Both the position numbers and the translations under genes were made by a program. Below are positions 50,371 through 63,339 of a stretch of DNA of 64,000 nucleotides, in pieces. Position 1 is the stretch's first letter. Each line of letters begins with the position of its first letter. The stretch comes from Octopus sinensis. Lineage: Eukaryota. The notes below the pieces were generated by a model. It made no database searches and was not told the origin of the DNA. It saw only the letters and a program-made list of their open reading frames with translations. The DNA lies in assembly GCF_006345805.1 (NCBI RefSeq), contig NC_043025.1, positions 14,756,001 through 14,820,000 on the forward strand. The letters are read 5' to 3'.

Positions 50371-50634
50371 AAAGGTGGGGGGCAATGACACAGGAAGCAG
50401 TTGCCTTGATAAGAAAGGAACCCTGGGAAGAAAGACGAAAAACAATGAAATTTTCATTACACCGGTTCTAACAATATTTGTGACAACAACAACAACAACA
50501 ATCAATAATAATAACAACAATAATAGTCACTGTACTATAACCTAATAGTTTCTGATTTCGTTCAAATATACATGCGAATGTATATGTACACATACAGATA
50601 AGTGTGCGTGTGTGTGTATGTATATACACCTATC

Positions 50635-50665
<31 letters not shown>

Positions 50666-51010
50666 TATAAATTTAATTGGGGTATTGACTTTGTAGTTTG
50701 CTTTATAAAGCCTGTCTAGAGGTATTGGCTATCAGACAACATTTTGCAGGGAATATTGATCAGATTGCTCAACATGCATCTGTAATCCATAAAGTACCAA
50801 TAAGGTTTACATAAATACAAATATTAACAAAGAAAACGGACAGAGCAGAATTGCCACTTGCCAATATTACTGGACTAATACTGATTCAATCTATTATTTC
50901 ATATATTATATAGTAATATTTCAGCAATTATCTTCTGGTAAAATGATGATGAAACAATTGTAGCATTATGCAATAAAATACGTTGCTCAATCCATCCTCT
51001 TTGTTAAAAT

Positions 51011-51086
<76 letters not shown>

Positions 51087-51379
51087 GCATATATGTAAGT
51101 ATTTATATATATATGTGTGTATGAATGTGTGTGTATATGTATGTGTGTGTATATATATATATATATACACACACATACATATATACATACATATGGACAC
51201 ATACACACACAAGAATAATGCATAAGAGGTTTGATTGTGGAGTTTGTGATGAGCAATTAAGAGAATGTTGGCAAGGAGTGAGAGTGGCACATTATCTCTC
51301 CTCTGAAAGCCCCGGCCCCACTGCTCCACCATCACGGTCACCCCCATTCCCAGCAGGACCTCCCTCGTTATCACAATAA

Positions 51380-51563
51380 CTATTTTGGGTCCTTTGATGG
51401 CTCGTCTATTGCCTGCTGCATCAGATGTAGTTGTTCCGAGATCTCAAGTAGCTGTTTGGCCATGTTTTTATTCAACTTGCGAGGGGCTGGACCGGCCCCT
51501 TGCCTGTTTGAAGCTTGCTTCCCCACTTGTGGTGCTTTTTCCTCAGTGTCTTGAATGATATGT
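51380..51563 (-). CDS. RASAL1: RASAL1/RASA4-like RasGAP, terminal coding exon
   Basis: Strong acceptor (ct)n-ccattctccag|A; CA+A completes Gln; reads QHIIQDTEEK...MAKQLLEISEQLHLMQQAIDEPSKDPK* (TAG at 51380-51382), ending in a helical segment like the GAP1-family C-terminus. Confidence 0.75.
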
Positions 51564-51654
51564 CTGGAGAATGGAGAGAGAGAGAGAGAGAAAAAGAAAA
51601 GCAGAAAATTAACGTAGAAAACAAAAAACAAACACAAACCTATATACACAATGT

Positions 51655-51690
<36 letters not shown>

Positions 51691-51850
51691 ACATATACAC
51701 ACAACCACACACAGACACACACACACAGACACACATACACAGAGACACACACACATAGAGACACACACATAGAGACACACACATACACAGAGACACACAC
51801 AGACACACACACACACACACAGACACACACACACACACACACACACACGC
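51655..51850. repeat. (CA)n/(CAGA) compound microsatellite in the last RasGAP intron
   Basis: Direct reading. Confidence 0.9.
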
Positions 51851-52318
51851 AGTCATAAATGACAGAGAGATGATTTGATGAAATTTTATTTAAAAATAAC
51901 AAAATTCCAATATCATGACAAATTGTTTTGTAATTTAAAAGCATGTATAAAAAAAACAGAATTTAATTTTCCCAGTGAACTGAAATTCATCATCATCACC
52001 GTTTAGCGTCCGTTCTCCATGCTAGCATGGGTTGGATGGTTCGACCTGGGGTCTGGGAAGTCAGAAGGCTGCACCAGGCTCCGGTCTTATCTGGCAAGGT
52101 TTCTACAGCTGGATGCCCTTCCTAACGCCAACAACTCTGTGAGTGTAGTGGGTGCTTTTTACGTGCCACCTGCACTGGTGCCAGGCGAGGCTGGCATCGG
52201 CCACGGTTGGATTGATTGACTGTACATAAACATTTATAATTGTAAAGCTGTATTGAAAAGCTAATTTCATATGTTTAACATGTAATTTGTAAATGCCTTG
52301 TATAAATTGATGTGTTAA

Positions 52319-52448
52319 AGTCAAGTTGAGCAGTTATAAAAACCCTGGATTTTGGGAAAAACTTTAGTGTTTGTGGAACGTAGCTAAACTCCACAACACT
52401 AAAATTTTTACCCAAAATCCAGGGTTTTTATAACTGCTCAACTCGACT
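52319..52448. mobile_element. Kolobok-like MITE (TTAA TSD, AG...CT termini)
   Basis: TTAA|AGTCAAGTTGAGCAGTTATAAAAACCCTGGATTTTGGG...CCCAAAATCCAGGGTTTTTATAACTGCTCAACTCGACT|TTAA. Confidence 0.7.
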
Positions 52449-52670
52449 TTAAAGAATTGAAATCACATAAAAATATTCTTTAACTAATTTTCAGAATTCC
52501 TATCTGAGCAGTTATTTCAACCAATGGGAAAACGACAATCATAATTCTTCGGCAATACGACATTATGTCATTTTGCCAGCTGCCACAAATTGGCGCTACT
52601 GTTTGAAAATGGCTATACGCTACACATGTAAATAATTTATATTATTTTGTATAAAATGAAAAATAAATTA

Positions 52671-52985
52671 CGTAAAGTATACTAGCCATCTCAATATGGC
52701 TAACCACTAGGGGTGGGTGTTACTGTAGCTTTTAGCCCCAGGAGATCATCGTCTCCAGCATCTCCGGTGATTAGCGTGTGTTGACAAGAGACAATAATCT
52801 CGAAACTGCAGTCCATGCTTATCACTTAGGTTTTCGAGGGGGGATGACCACCCTTTGCAAATATCATAAGGGCACAGAAATTGTGCCTAAAGCCAGCTGG
52901 AGACGATGATCTCCTGGGGCTAAAAAGCTACAGTAACACCCACCCTTAGTGGTTAGCCATATTGAGATGGCAAATATACTTTACG
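52671..52985. repeat. Inverted repeat (~88-bp arms) sharing sequence with the Helitron interior
   Basis: cgtaaagtatactagccatctcaatatggctaaccac..ctccagc / gctggag..gtggttagccatattgagatggcaaatatactttacg. Confidence 0.75.
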
Positions 52986-53509
52986 TTGTTGAGCGGTTAC
53001 TGTTTACATCTTGCTCAGAGAAAAATAAATTATACACTCGTTATTACTTTCTCTTGTATTGTACTATATATTCTACGTGTTTTGTAGAATGATGCATCAG
53101 GGAGCTTTGCTATGAGTACTCCTGGATTACTTGAATGCATAGATTGTGAATTAAATATATGTGTGTATACACACACATACTGCTGAGACCATGGGATTGC
53201 ACCTAGAAAGTTACCCTCCCAGGCGCAAGTCCAGGCAAGGTTGTTTATGGAAGACCAGCAGTCGCCCATGCATACCGGCCTCCCCTCTCCACGCCACCAG
53301 TGTTATCCAAGGGAAAGGCAAAGGGGCCGATACAGTTTGGCACCTATGATGTCGCAACTCATTTCTACAGCTGAGTGAACTAGAGCAACGTGAAATAAAG
53401 TGTCTTGCTCAAGAACACAACACGCAGCCCAGTCCGGGATTTGAATTCACAACCTCACGATCGTAAGCTCAATGCACTAACCGCTGAGCCATGTGCTTTC
53501 ACACACACA

Positions 53510-53541
<32 letters not shown>

Positions 53542-53542
53542 A

Positions 53543-53707
53543 GGCGCAGGAGTGGCTGTGTGGTAAGTAGCTTGCCTACCAACCACATGGTTCCGGGTTC
53601 AGTCCCACTGCGTGGCATCTTGGGCAAGTGTCTTCTTCTATAGCCTCGGGCCGACCAATGCCTTGTGAGTGGATTTGGTAGACGGAAACTGAAAGAAGCC
53701 CGTCGTA

Positions 53708-53750
<43 letters not shown>

Positions 53751-53950
53751 ATATGTTTGTGTGTCTGTGTTTGTCCCTCTAGCATTGCTTGACAACCTAT
53801 GCTGGTGTGTTTATGTCCCCGTCACTTAGCGGTTCGGCAAAAGAGACCGATAGAATAAGTACTGGGCTTACAAAGAATAAGTCCCGGGGTCGATTTGCTC
53901 GACTAAAGGTGGTGCTCCAGCATGGCCGCAGTCAAATGACTGAAAGAAGT
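53543..53950 (+). mobile_element. SINE family A copy (RasGAP intron)
   Basis: Collinear with 8989-9390. Confidence 0.85.
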
Positions 53951-54436
53951 AAAAAACTAAAAAAAAAACTAACTAAAACTAAACTCATTACTGCTTGACA
54001 ACTGGTGTTGGTACATCTGTGGTCCAGTAACTTAGCAGTTCGGAAAAAAGAAACTGATAGAATAATACCATGTTCACAAGAACAATAAATAAATGTTGAG
54101 GTCAATTTTATTCAACTAAAAATTCTCCAAGGCAATGCTCCAGCTTGGCCAGAGTCAAATGATTGAAACAAGAAAAAGAAAAAATATAAAAAGTTCTACA
54201 ATAGTTTTGTCTTGACAGCTGTTTCAGGAGAACCACAGCTAATGCAGTAACCACGTTCATACATAACAAAGGCCTTTATTGTAGATGGCATTGCAAAAAT
54301 GTGGGCAATGGTTAGGGTCAGTCAATACCTTCCTCCTTCTCTACCACTGCCACCTGGTGACAATGAAAAGGGCCTCAGGCTTTGTCCTGTCTTTCTCTGA
54401 TCACCCCCTCCCCCATTACAAAGTAAAGATACTCAC

Positions 54437-54557
54437 TGTAGTTGTGTCTGTCGGGCTATCAGCTGGCTACACACTGTCTGCGCCTCCATGTCACAGTCGA
54501 TAGGGTCCATCCACTCTTGTAGTGTAACCTTGTTGTGGGTGGGGCTGCATCCCACAG
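54437..54557 (-). CDS. RASAL1: RASAL1/RASA4-like RasGAP, penultimate coding exon
   Basis: Acceptor ccttaaccccaacag| and donor CA|gtgagt. Encodes (A)VGCSPTHNKVTLQEWMDPIDCDMEAQTVCSQLIARQTQL, matching RASA4/RASAL1 GC..T..VTLQEWNDPLDHDLEAQ; phase 1 to phase 2, compatible with both neighbouring exons. Confidence 0.88.
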
Positions 54558-54994
54558 CTGTTGGGGTTAAGGGTAGGAGGAAGAGGAGAGAAAAGAAAAA
54601 CAAAAAGAGAAAAATATTAAGAGAAAAAAGAGGTAACTGGTGAAAACTGTAAAATCAGTAGTTATCATCACCACCACCACATCATCACCACCATCACCAC
54701 CATCACCACCATCACCGCATTCATCATCACAACCATCACTACCACTATCATAACCATGACCACCACCGATTTATCGATTTTTACAAAACTTGACACGTGA
54801 GTAGAACTCATGTCTGGAAACCTAGTGACATACTTAAATTATTGAAAAAATCGATAATAGGGCCTCTGGAAGGGATCCTTATATCTACTTCATAAAACTA
54901 ATATATTCCATTTAAGCAACCCATTCGCTTCTAGAAGGGATTCCTTAATATAGCCAAGGGAAATAACCCATTCATCTTCGTAAATTATTTGGTA

Positions 54995-55318
54995 TTAAAG
55001 ACTCCGCCGGTTACGACGACGAGGGTCCCAGCTGATACGATCAACGGAACAGCTTGCTCGTGAAATTAACGTGCAAATGGCTGAGCATTCCACAGACACG
55101 TGTACCCTTAACGTAGTTCTCGGGGATAATCAGCGTGACACAGAGAGTGACAAGGCTGACCCTTTGAAATACAAGTACAACTCATTTTTGCCAGCTGAGT
55201 GGAGTGAAGCAACGTGAAATAAAGTGTCTTGCTCAAGGACACAACGCGTCACTGGGAATCGAACTCACAACCTTATGATCATGAGCCGAATGCCCTAACC
55301 ACTAAGCCACGCGCCCTC
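54995..55318 (-). mobile_element. tRNA-derived SINE (family E)
   Basis: A box TGGCTTAGTGG, B box GTTCGATTCC, central ttgtgtccttgagcaagacactttatttcacgttgc; relatives at ~53165-53500(-) and 21295-21490(+). Confidence 0.8.
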
Positions 55319-55984
55319 ACAAATTATTTGGTATAAATCAAATCGAGTATGCTTATTTCTTAGTATTTGAACTGTTAAAGTTATTTTTGCAATTTAACCA
55401 GTACAACCCTTAAACAAGTAAATAGTATTTTCCTAAACAATAGATCCACTTATTTTGCTTAGTAACTTATTCACGAATATACCAACACTAGCACTGCTGA
55501 GGGTAATATTCTCTGGGAACACACAAAAGCCCTTTTCAGAGTTATTTACTTTGAATTGTAATCATCTCGTATCTGATTAGCCTGTTATTACGTAACATGC
55601 TTCACGATTTTAGTAAACATACCTTATTAGTATTTCCTCCTAAGTTCCATATACTCTGGGAACGTATTACAGCCCTTTTTGGGGCTACTTTATGTGCATT
55701 CTTACTATTGGGTAACTAATTTCATGTTATTACATATCTGACTTCACAATTTGGGTATTCATAACTTATTGGGAATTCCTAAAAACAAGATCCTGTGTAA
55801 GACAGTTTGGTATTCTCTGTAAATACACAAAAACCGTTTTAAGGGCTACATACTTTGTATTGTTGTTACTGGATTTGCGAAACAATTATGAGAATGGAAT
55901 CAAGGGATAAGCCCCGCTTTCCCAGGAATTACAGGGTACGTCAGCTAGTACATACATAGATACATACATAAAACAGTTGGGTGT

Positions 55985-56440
55985 TTTGAGGGAGATTTGG
56001 CTGCTATTTCTACCAGGTCTAGCTACCATGTAGAAGTCTCCCTCACTGGTTCATACATGCATACATACATACATAAGACAGTGAGGTGTGATTTGAGGAA
56101 GATTTGGCTGCTATTTCTACCATGTCTGGCTACCATGTTTCTACCAGGTCTAGCAACCTGGTAGAGGTCTCCCTCATTGGTTCATACATGCATACATACA
56201 TACATACATACATACATACATACATACATACATACATAAGACAGTGAGGTACGATTTGAGGAAGATTTGGCTGCTATTTCTACCAGGTCTAGCTACCAGG
56301 TAGAGGTCTCCCTCATTGGTTCATACATACATACATACATACATACATACATAAGACAGTGAGGTGCGATTTGAGGAAGATTTGGCTGCTATTTCTACCA
56401 GGTCTGGCTACCATGTAGACGTGTCCCTCATTGGCTCATC
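55985..56440 (-). repeat. Tandem array of the same family F unit (~4 copies)
   Basis: Reverse complement of the 35215-35485 unit, with longer (ATAC)n tracts. Confidence 0.8.
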
Positions 56441-56829
56441 TAATATATAAATTCCGTTCTGTCTGTTTCTTGTGCGCTTATAACTCAAGTGTTGTTCATC
56501 CAATCACGCTGAAATTTTAAACATGAGTGCAACAATCTCTACACCTCACAGTACAATATTTGTACCCTTTAAAAAGAAGCTGCTGTTGCTATTTTTCTGA
56601 ATTTATTTTACATTGTGTACACCCAGATTGGAACTTTTACCTTGCACCAGAGAACATTATAGATTGTCTGAAGACAAAACATATCACCAATGAAAATACG
56701 TGTGCTTGCACATATTTGATGAATTTTCAAAATTTTAGTCATTCTATTGACGGGTTTGTCAACAGAAAGTGCGCTAAAAAAAACCCCCTCTTTCTATCAG
56801 GAAAGGTACATTTACAGAAAACTCTAAGC

Positions 56830-57022
56830 CAGTGCTTTTCAACCTTTTTGCTGGAGTGGAATCCCAAGAAAACATTTCACTGGCTCGAGGAACCTCTGTG
56901 CAATAATTTAATTGTCTTATGCACACATATCTGCACAGGAGAATTAAAAATTACTGTTGATTTTTGTAACTTCTTGCGGAACCCCTGGACTGTACTGGCG
57001 GAACCCTGGTTGAAAACCACTG
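56830..57022. mobile_element. hAT (Charlie-like) MITE with perfect 8-bp TSD
   Basis: CTCTAAGC|CAGTGCTTTTCAACC...GGTTGAAAACCACTG|CTCTAAGC. Confidence 0.92.
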
Positions 57023-57134
57023 CTCTAAGCTGTCATTATATGTCATTTTTCATTTAGTAATTGATTTTATTTTCGAATTGCCTGTGACAATATCTGCAAG
57101 AATGGATTGCATTGATATAAAAACTGCCGTTCAG

Positions 57135-57500
57135 GGGTGCCAGTTCTGTAGAGATGTTTGTTCAGGAAAACTGCTGCAGGACAAAACTCCCATTGGTGGT
57201 CTGGATCATACGGTGGAGATCGATGAAAGCTTGTTCTTCAATAGCAAGAACAATGTAGGAAGAATGTGTCGCAAAACTTGGGTTGTTGGATGTTATGACA
57301 CCCGATAGGAGTACAGAGATGTTGGAGAATGTTTTCAGACAAAACGTTCTTCCAGGAACTACTGTTATGACCGACAATTTGGCAAGCTATTGTAATCGCT
57401 ACATAATCGGTTACATTCACCCCTATACTGTAAATCATTCCCCAAATTTCGTAGATCGGTCCCCGGGGTATGTACAAATCGGCAGAGGTAAAGATCATGG
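57135..57500 (+). pseudogene. Merlin / ISXO2-like (IS1016-type) DDE transposase fragment
   Basis: IGGLDHTVEIDESLFFNSKNNVGR..WVVGCYD and PDRSTEMLE..VLPGTTVMTD..YTVNHSPNFVD, in two frames. Confidence 0.85.
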
Positions 57501-58400
57501 ACCGCACCCCCTTTAGGATATTTTTTTGGTCTTATTTTTACATGAACACAATATATCGAGGGCGGAGATTCCGAATCTGCAAAAAAATCTGCATTTCAAA
57601 ATTTATATTGTACAGGCCAAAAAAACAAAACAAAAAAAAACAAAAAAATACGTAAATGACAAAACACACCTTTACTCCCTCCCTCCATTCCCCCCTCTCT
57701 CTCTCTCCACACGAAATCAAAGGGTTCTTGTTTCCCGCTTAAAATTTCGGCGCGAAAAATTGCTAAAGGAAAGTGAAAACGATGTTATTTCAAAACTGTT
57801 TTGCAGCTTAGGTCTTATATATCCTGGGAATCTATATATCCAGTAATTTTAGTAGGTATGTAAAAGATATTGTTTTAATATTGTTTTGACTTCTTTCACA
57901 CAAACACTAACATGGTTTATTTTTGTCTAGACATCGTTACCACTATTTTTTATAATGTCAGCATTTGTTTATTATTCTTTACGAACTTTTCAAACGTATT
58001 TTTGCAAAATATCACCTTAAAATATGTGTAAAGAAAGGGGGCTGATGCAGTTTCGCACCTCACCTTCAAAAGTGCATTTTTAAAAAACATTTTTTTCGGA
58101 AACGTATACATGTGTGTATATATGGATGTATGTATGTATATAATATGTGTATCTATCTTTCTATAGATAGAGAGAGAATGTTATAATGGAACTGAAGGCT
58201 TGTGATGTCTGTGGAGTATCTCCTTCTCCCATTACAATTATTCCTGGAGTCTTAAGGGTCTGGAACTCGAAGAAGAAGCTTACAAGCAGAGAGCAATTCA
58301 ATATGCGTTTATTGTTAGTTCTCGTTCATGTCGCTCGCTTCCAGTGACCATCTTTATGGCAGCATGTGGTTCGTTATGGCTCCGTTCATGTGAGGTTCAT

Positions 58401-59956
58401 TATAGGCCTCGAAACCGGTTTTATATTATGATCAGTAAAACCGAAACCGATTTGCCAAAACCGATTTTAAGGCTTGCTGTTTCGGATCTTTTCAATAAAA
58501 GATGTTTTATGTAACACATTCTGCCAGTACACGAAGTTCAAAAGTGTTTAATTACAAATAACTATTTTTTAAATGTGCCGGTCAAAGTGAAAAGATCTGC
58601 TGTTTCTTTTCTTTTTTTTCGCAAAACATTTCTCCATTTTTTCTTTTCAAGAAATATCGTTGAAATTGAACTAACTGAACTGTTGTCGGTCGCCTTTAGT
58701 TGAGAATGTTGTCTGTTTCATTGAAACATATCAATTCTCACCTTCTTTCCCCTTGAACCTTAGATCAGCACCTTGTCACCTCCTTCGCTAACCCCTGGCT
58801 GACTCTTTGAATTTGCAGGTAACTGAGTTTATTCATAGCAAGTCAAGGGGATGCTGTTAGTCTTCCCTCAGGTGATCTTTCCCGTTGAGCATATGTAATA
58901 ACCAGTTCCAGATTCATTTCAAGGAAGTAACACTAAATTTTTTGATAAAAAGAGTCAAGAGATCGCCATAACAGACGACAATGATCGCCATAACAGACGA
59001 TAGTGATCGACATAACAGACGATAGTGATGATGAAGCTGACATAAGCCAACAAGACATACTTTGTCAAACAGATTTGGCTCACGAAAATGCTTGTTTTCC
59101 CCAGCTAAAACCTGAATTTAACTAAGTTTTAAATAAGGTAAGAAAAATTTCAAAACTTTTCCGTAAATCTCCGACAAAAAATGAAATTTTGCAAGATTTT
59201 GTACGAGCGAACTTTGATAACAGAGAATATAAACTTCTACTGGATTGCAGAACTCGGTGGAATGACACATTTCATATGATTGAGAGATTTTTGAAATTGA
59301 AAAGCTGCATTCCAAATGCTCCACGAGCAGAACTTTCCACAGATGCCATCGCTGACGAAGAACGGAAATCTCTCGATTTACTATATGAAATTCTGCATTC
59401 AGTAAAAATTATTTTGAAGGCTATTTGCGCTGATGATACGGGTTTACTGAAAGAGGAATATTCTATAGAATTTTTATTGAGTAAACTTAATATCGTCGGC
59501 AACCCTTTGGCTCTAAATCTTCGTGAAAGACTTATGCATAGATATAATAAGAGAAGAAATGTCGAAACCTTGACTCTCTTGAGGTATTTACATAACGCAA
59601 GGAAGTTTAAAGGTGAATCAATTTCTGGACCTTTTCTTTTTTTAACGAAACAACATTTAAGGAAGAATGCTGAACAAACATATAGGAGATTATTTCCTGA
59701 ACATGACCCTGGGAACGCAATAGAATTATACAAAGAAAATGAAATAGGAGGGAACCTAAAAACAAATGTTACTGTTGTCCCATCTACTTATGAAGGTAAT
59801 GGACTCATTCGTGAATACACAAGCGCAATGAAGAAAATGAATGAAGAGCCCAAGATGGTAACAGATGGATTTGAAATCTCTAAAGAATTCGGGTACTATT
59901 TAAGAAGAGTAATCCCAGTGCGTGCACTCGAGTACTTGCGCATCCGCGCTAGCTAG
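58401..59956 (+). pseudogene. hAT transposase fragment with a probable left terminus carrying AAACCG subterminal repeats
   Basis: LNKVRKISKLFRKSPTKNEILQ..LLLDCRTRWNDTFHMIERFL..LLRYLHN; in-frame stop near 59123; 22-bp repeats shift the frame at ~58960-59030; dimerization domain missing. Confidence 0.8.
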
Positions 59957-60072
59957 TCGTAAGTAGTCGATCCTACAACGACTGCTTAGCAAAGTAAATA
60001 AAACACAAAATAAATAATTTTTTAACACAAAGTAAATAATTTTTTTAAAACAAAGTAAATGAAACACAAAAT

Positions 60073-60410
60073 GGATCTTTTCCTTTTGAACGGCAGATGT
60101 CAACACAATTCCTAGTTAACTAAACACTTTTAAACTTCGTATACTGGTTTTATTGAAAAAATTATATAGTTTGTAAGATATTTCGTCTGAAAATCCGTGC
60201 ATTTCGGCAATTTTAACCAATCGATTACCTCCATTCAACTAAAATCATTTGCTGCGTCTAAAACTGAGACAACATCATGTAACTAACCCTAAACCTCCCC
60301 CTAACCCTAACCCTAATTTTTTTTTCTTAATTGTTACGCGTGTAAAAAAATCATTTTCCATTGCTTTCGGGTTTTTTTACACGCATAACAATTAAATTAA
60401 TTTAACAATT
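60073..60410 (+). mobile_element. Left half of the same long-TIR element; a diverged right tip lies at ~58500-58597
   Basis: ggatcttttccttttgaacggca...ctaaccctaaccctaat..., collinear with 29279-29760. Confidence 0.8.
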
Positions 60411-60999
60411 AGGAAAAAAAAATCATCATCATCATCGTTTAACGTCCGCTTCCCATGCTAGCATGGGTTAGACGATTTTGTCTGAGGGCTGGCGAACCAG
60501 GCTCCAATCTTGATCTAGCAGAGTTTCTACAGCTGGATGCCCTTCCTAATGCCAACCACTCTGAGAGTGTAGTGGGTGCTTTTTACATGCCACCGGCATG
60601 GGGGCCAGTCAGGTGGAACTGGCAATGATCTCGCTCGAATCTTTTTACACATGCCACCGGCACAGGTGCCAGTAAGGTAACAATCACATTCGAACGGTGC
60701 CCTTTTACGGGCCGCCGACACGTCGCCAGTTGGCTGCTCTGGCAACGATCATGCTTGGATGGTGCTCTTGGCACCCTACTAGCATGGGCACAAGTGTCAG
60801 TAAGGTGACGCTGGTAACGATCACACTGGAATGGTGCCTTTTATGTGCCATTGGCATGGAAGCTGGTGAGCCACTCGTATGGTGCTCTTTGCAACCTGCT
60901 AGCACGGATGCCAGTCATCGAATTTGATTTTGATTTCACTTGCCTCAACAGGTCTTTGCAAGCATATATATGTATGTATATTATATATATATATGTATG

Positions 61000-61094
<95 letters not shown>

Positions 61095-61108
61095 ATTACA
61101 TACATACA

Positions 61109-61478
61109 GCGCAGGAGTGGCTGTGTGGTAAGTAGCTTGCTAACCAACCACACGGTTGCGGGTTCAGTCCTACTGCGTGGCATCTTGGGCAAGTGTCTTC
61201 TGCTATAGCCCCGGGCCGACCAATGCCTTGTGAGTGGATTTGGTAGACGGAAACTGAAAGAAGCCTGTCGTATATATGTATATATATGTATATGTGTGTG
61301 TTTGTGTGTCTGTGTTTGTCCCCCTTGCATTGCTTGACAACCGATGCTGGTGTGTTTACGTCCCCGTTACTTAGCGGTTCGGCAAAAAGAGACCGATAGA
61401 ATAAGTACTAAAAGGTGGTGCTCCAGCATGGCTGCAGTCAAATGACTGAAACAAGTAAAAGAGTAAAGAGTAAAGAGA
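61109..61478 (+). mobile_element. SINE family A copy (RasGAP intron)
   Basis: Collinear with 8989-9390. Confidence 0.85.
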
Positions 61479-61585
61479 GAATATATATAAATTTATATAT
61501 ATATGTATATACATATATAATATTTATAAATATATGTATATAATTTATATGTATAATAAATTTGTATATAATATATTTATATATG

Positions 61586-61626
<41 letters not shown>

Positions 61627-61669
61627 GGGGGGAGCTACTTAGAAGTAAAAACAATAAGAATCTTCTTAC

Positions 61670-61805
61670 CGTCTGTGTCGATTCTGTGACAGCAGCTCCA
61701 CCTATTTCTACGATAGATTCCCGGATGGTAAGTCTTTAGCTGCTGTTTGTTGGCCGAGAAAGTCTTTCGGATTGCCGACAGCCAGGAATAGAGGTCATTG
61801 ATGTC
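61670..61805 (-). CDS. RASAL1: RASAL1/RASA4 (CAPRI)-like RasGAP, third-to-last coding exon (end of PH domain, start of BTK motif)
   Basis: Acceptor tttatcttcttcacag|GAC and donor G|gtaaga. Encodes DINDLYSWLSAIRKTFSANKQQLKTYHPGIYRRNRWSCCHRIDTD, matching RASA4 ..NELNQWLSALRKV..YHPGVFRGDKWSCCHQ as recalled; phase 0 to phase 1. Confidence 0.88.
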
Positions 61806-61969
61806 CTGTGAAGAAGATAAACATTACCATCATCATCATCATCACCATCATCATCATCTTTATTGCCATTATTACCATCAACTTCATTTTCAACACCACC
61901 ATCAACCAATACTGGTTCTCAAGTAGTAGTGGGGGGGGGGACAGACAGACAGACACACATACATACATA

Positions 61970-62372
61970 CTCATTTACTTGTTTTAGTCATTTGACTGCG
62001 GCCATGCTGGAGCACTGCCTTTAGTCGAGCAAATCGACCCTGGGACTTATTCTTTGTAAGCCCAGTACTTATTCTATCGGTCTCTTTTGCCGAACCGCTA
62101 AGTAACGGGGACATAAACACACTAGCATCGGTTATCAAGCAATGCTAGGGGGACAAACACAGACACACAAACATATACACACACATACATACATATATAT
62201 ACATATATACGACAGGCTTCTTTCAGTTTCCGTCTACCAAATCCACTCACAAGGCATTGGTTGGCCCGGGGCTATAGCAGAAGACACTTGTCCAAGATGC
62301 CACGCAGTGGGACTGAACCCGGAACCATGTGGTTGGTTAGCAAGCTACTTACCACACAGCCACTCCTGCGCC
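61970..62372 (-). mobile_element. SINE family A copy (RasGAP intron)
   Basis: Reverse complement of 8989-9390. Confidence 0.85.
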
Positions 62373-63106
62373 ATACATACATACACACACACATATGATT
62401 TAGTTACAAGGATTCAGTCGGATTGATGTTGGATTTCTCCAGATCAGTATAAGAAATCTCACCTGTTTAAAATGTTATCTGATGATGGTGGATTGTATGT
62501 TATGATGTAATCTTCTTTGAATACATTGATAAGATTTTGCTGAAACAGCTGTGGTAAATTTTATATACCATTTTCTGTTTACATATATTTGTGCTCGTGT
62601 GTGTGTGTATGTGTGTTATGTACTTAAAAACTCAAAGGGAACGAACCTTAGCTTGGAAATACAGAATTTCCAGTTCATTGTCAGGTGTTTGGCTTATCAG
62701 TTGACCGATATTATCTTTGCCAAATGCACTGTAATCTAGACGCTCCACCGCACAAATTTGGTCCGTTAGTTTCACAGACTGCACCTGAAGAAATATATGA
62801 GAGTGAGAGTATACATACATACATATATACGCACACACACACATATATAATTAACAAAATAAGAGGAGTGAGAGAAGAAATGTTAATTCCATTTGTCTAC
62901 AGCTGTTTCATGATCTGTGTACAGTTACATCTGTGATGCTAAATCGTTCAAGACACATATAAGCATACATATAAATGTATATGCAAGTATAATTGTGTTC
63001 ATCAGAACATATCAGGGCAGATAAACATGAAACTCTGGTAAATTTAGCAGTTTCCTCATTATACATTATATATATATATATACACATATATATATATGTA
63101 TGTATG

Positions 63107-63139
<33 letters not shown>

Positions 63140-63339
63140 ATATATAGTAGTGCCCATAATGTAAGGGTCAGTAAGAACAAGTGTATTGAAATATTTATTA
63201 TAGAAGATTAACAAAATGTTGAGATTAGATATTTTACACATCTTTAGATATGTCTAATATCTATCTTTCCTGAAAATTTCAAGTGAATGGAATAAATATT
63301 TCGTAAGTTATGAGGAAATAAATAAACAATCTTCCAAAC

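Noticed and set aside
54995-55318. tRNA gene (also the heads of family-A SINEs)
   Set aside because: A and B boxes are present but run into SINE body and tail sequence without an acceptor-stem closure.
58500-60150. hAT transposase flanked by inverted TIR tips as one composite element
   Set aside because: The GATC termini point inward, opposite to the intact element at 29279-33247; they are better explained as two separate insertions.
62463-62548. Candidate extra RasGAP exon (LFQQNLINVFKEDY...)
   Set aside because: Ends in phase 2 while the next exon starts in phase 0, has a weak acceptor, and shows no PH-domain similarity.
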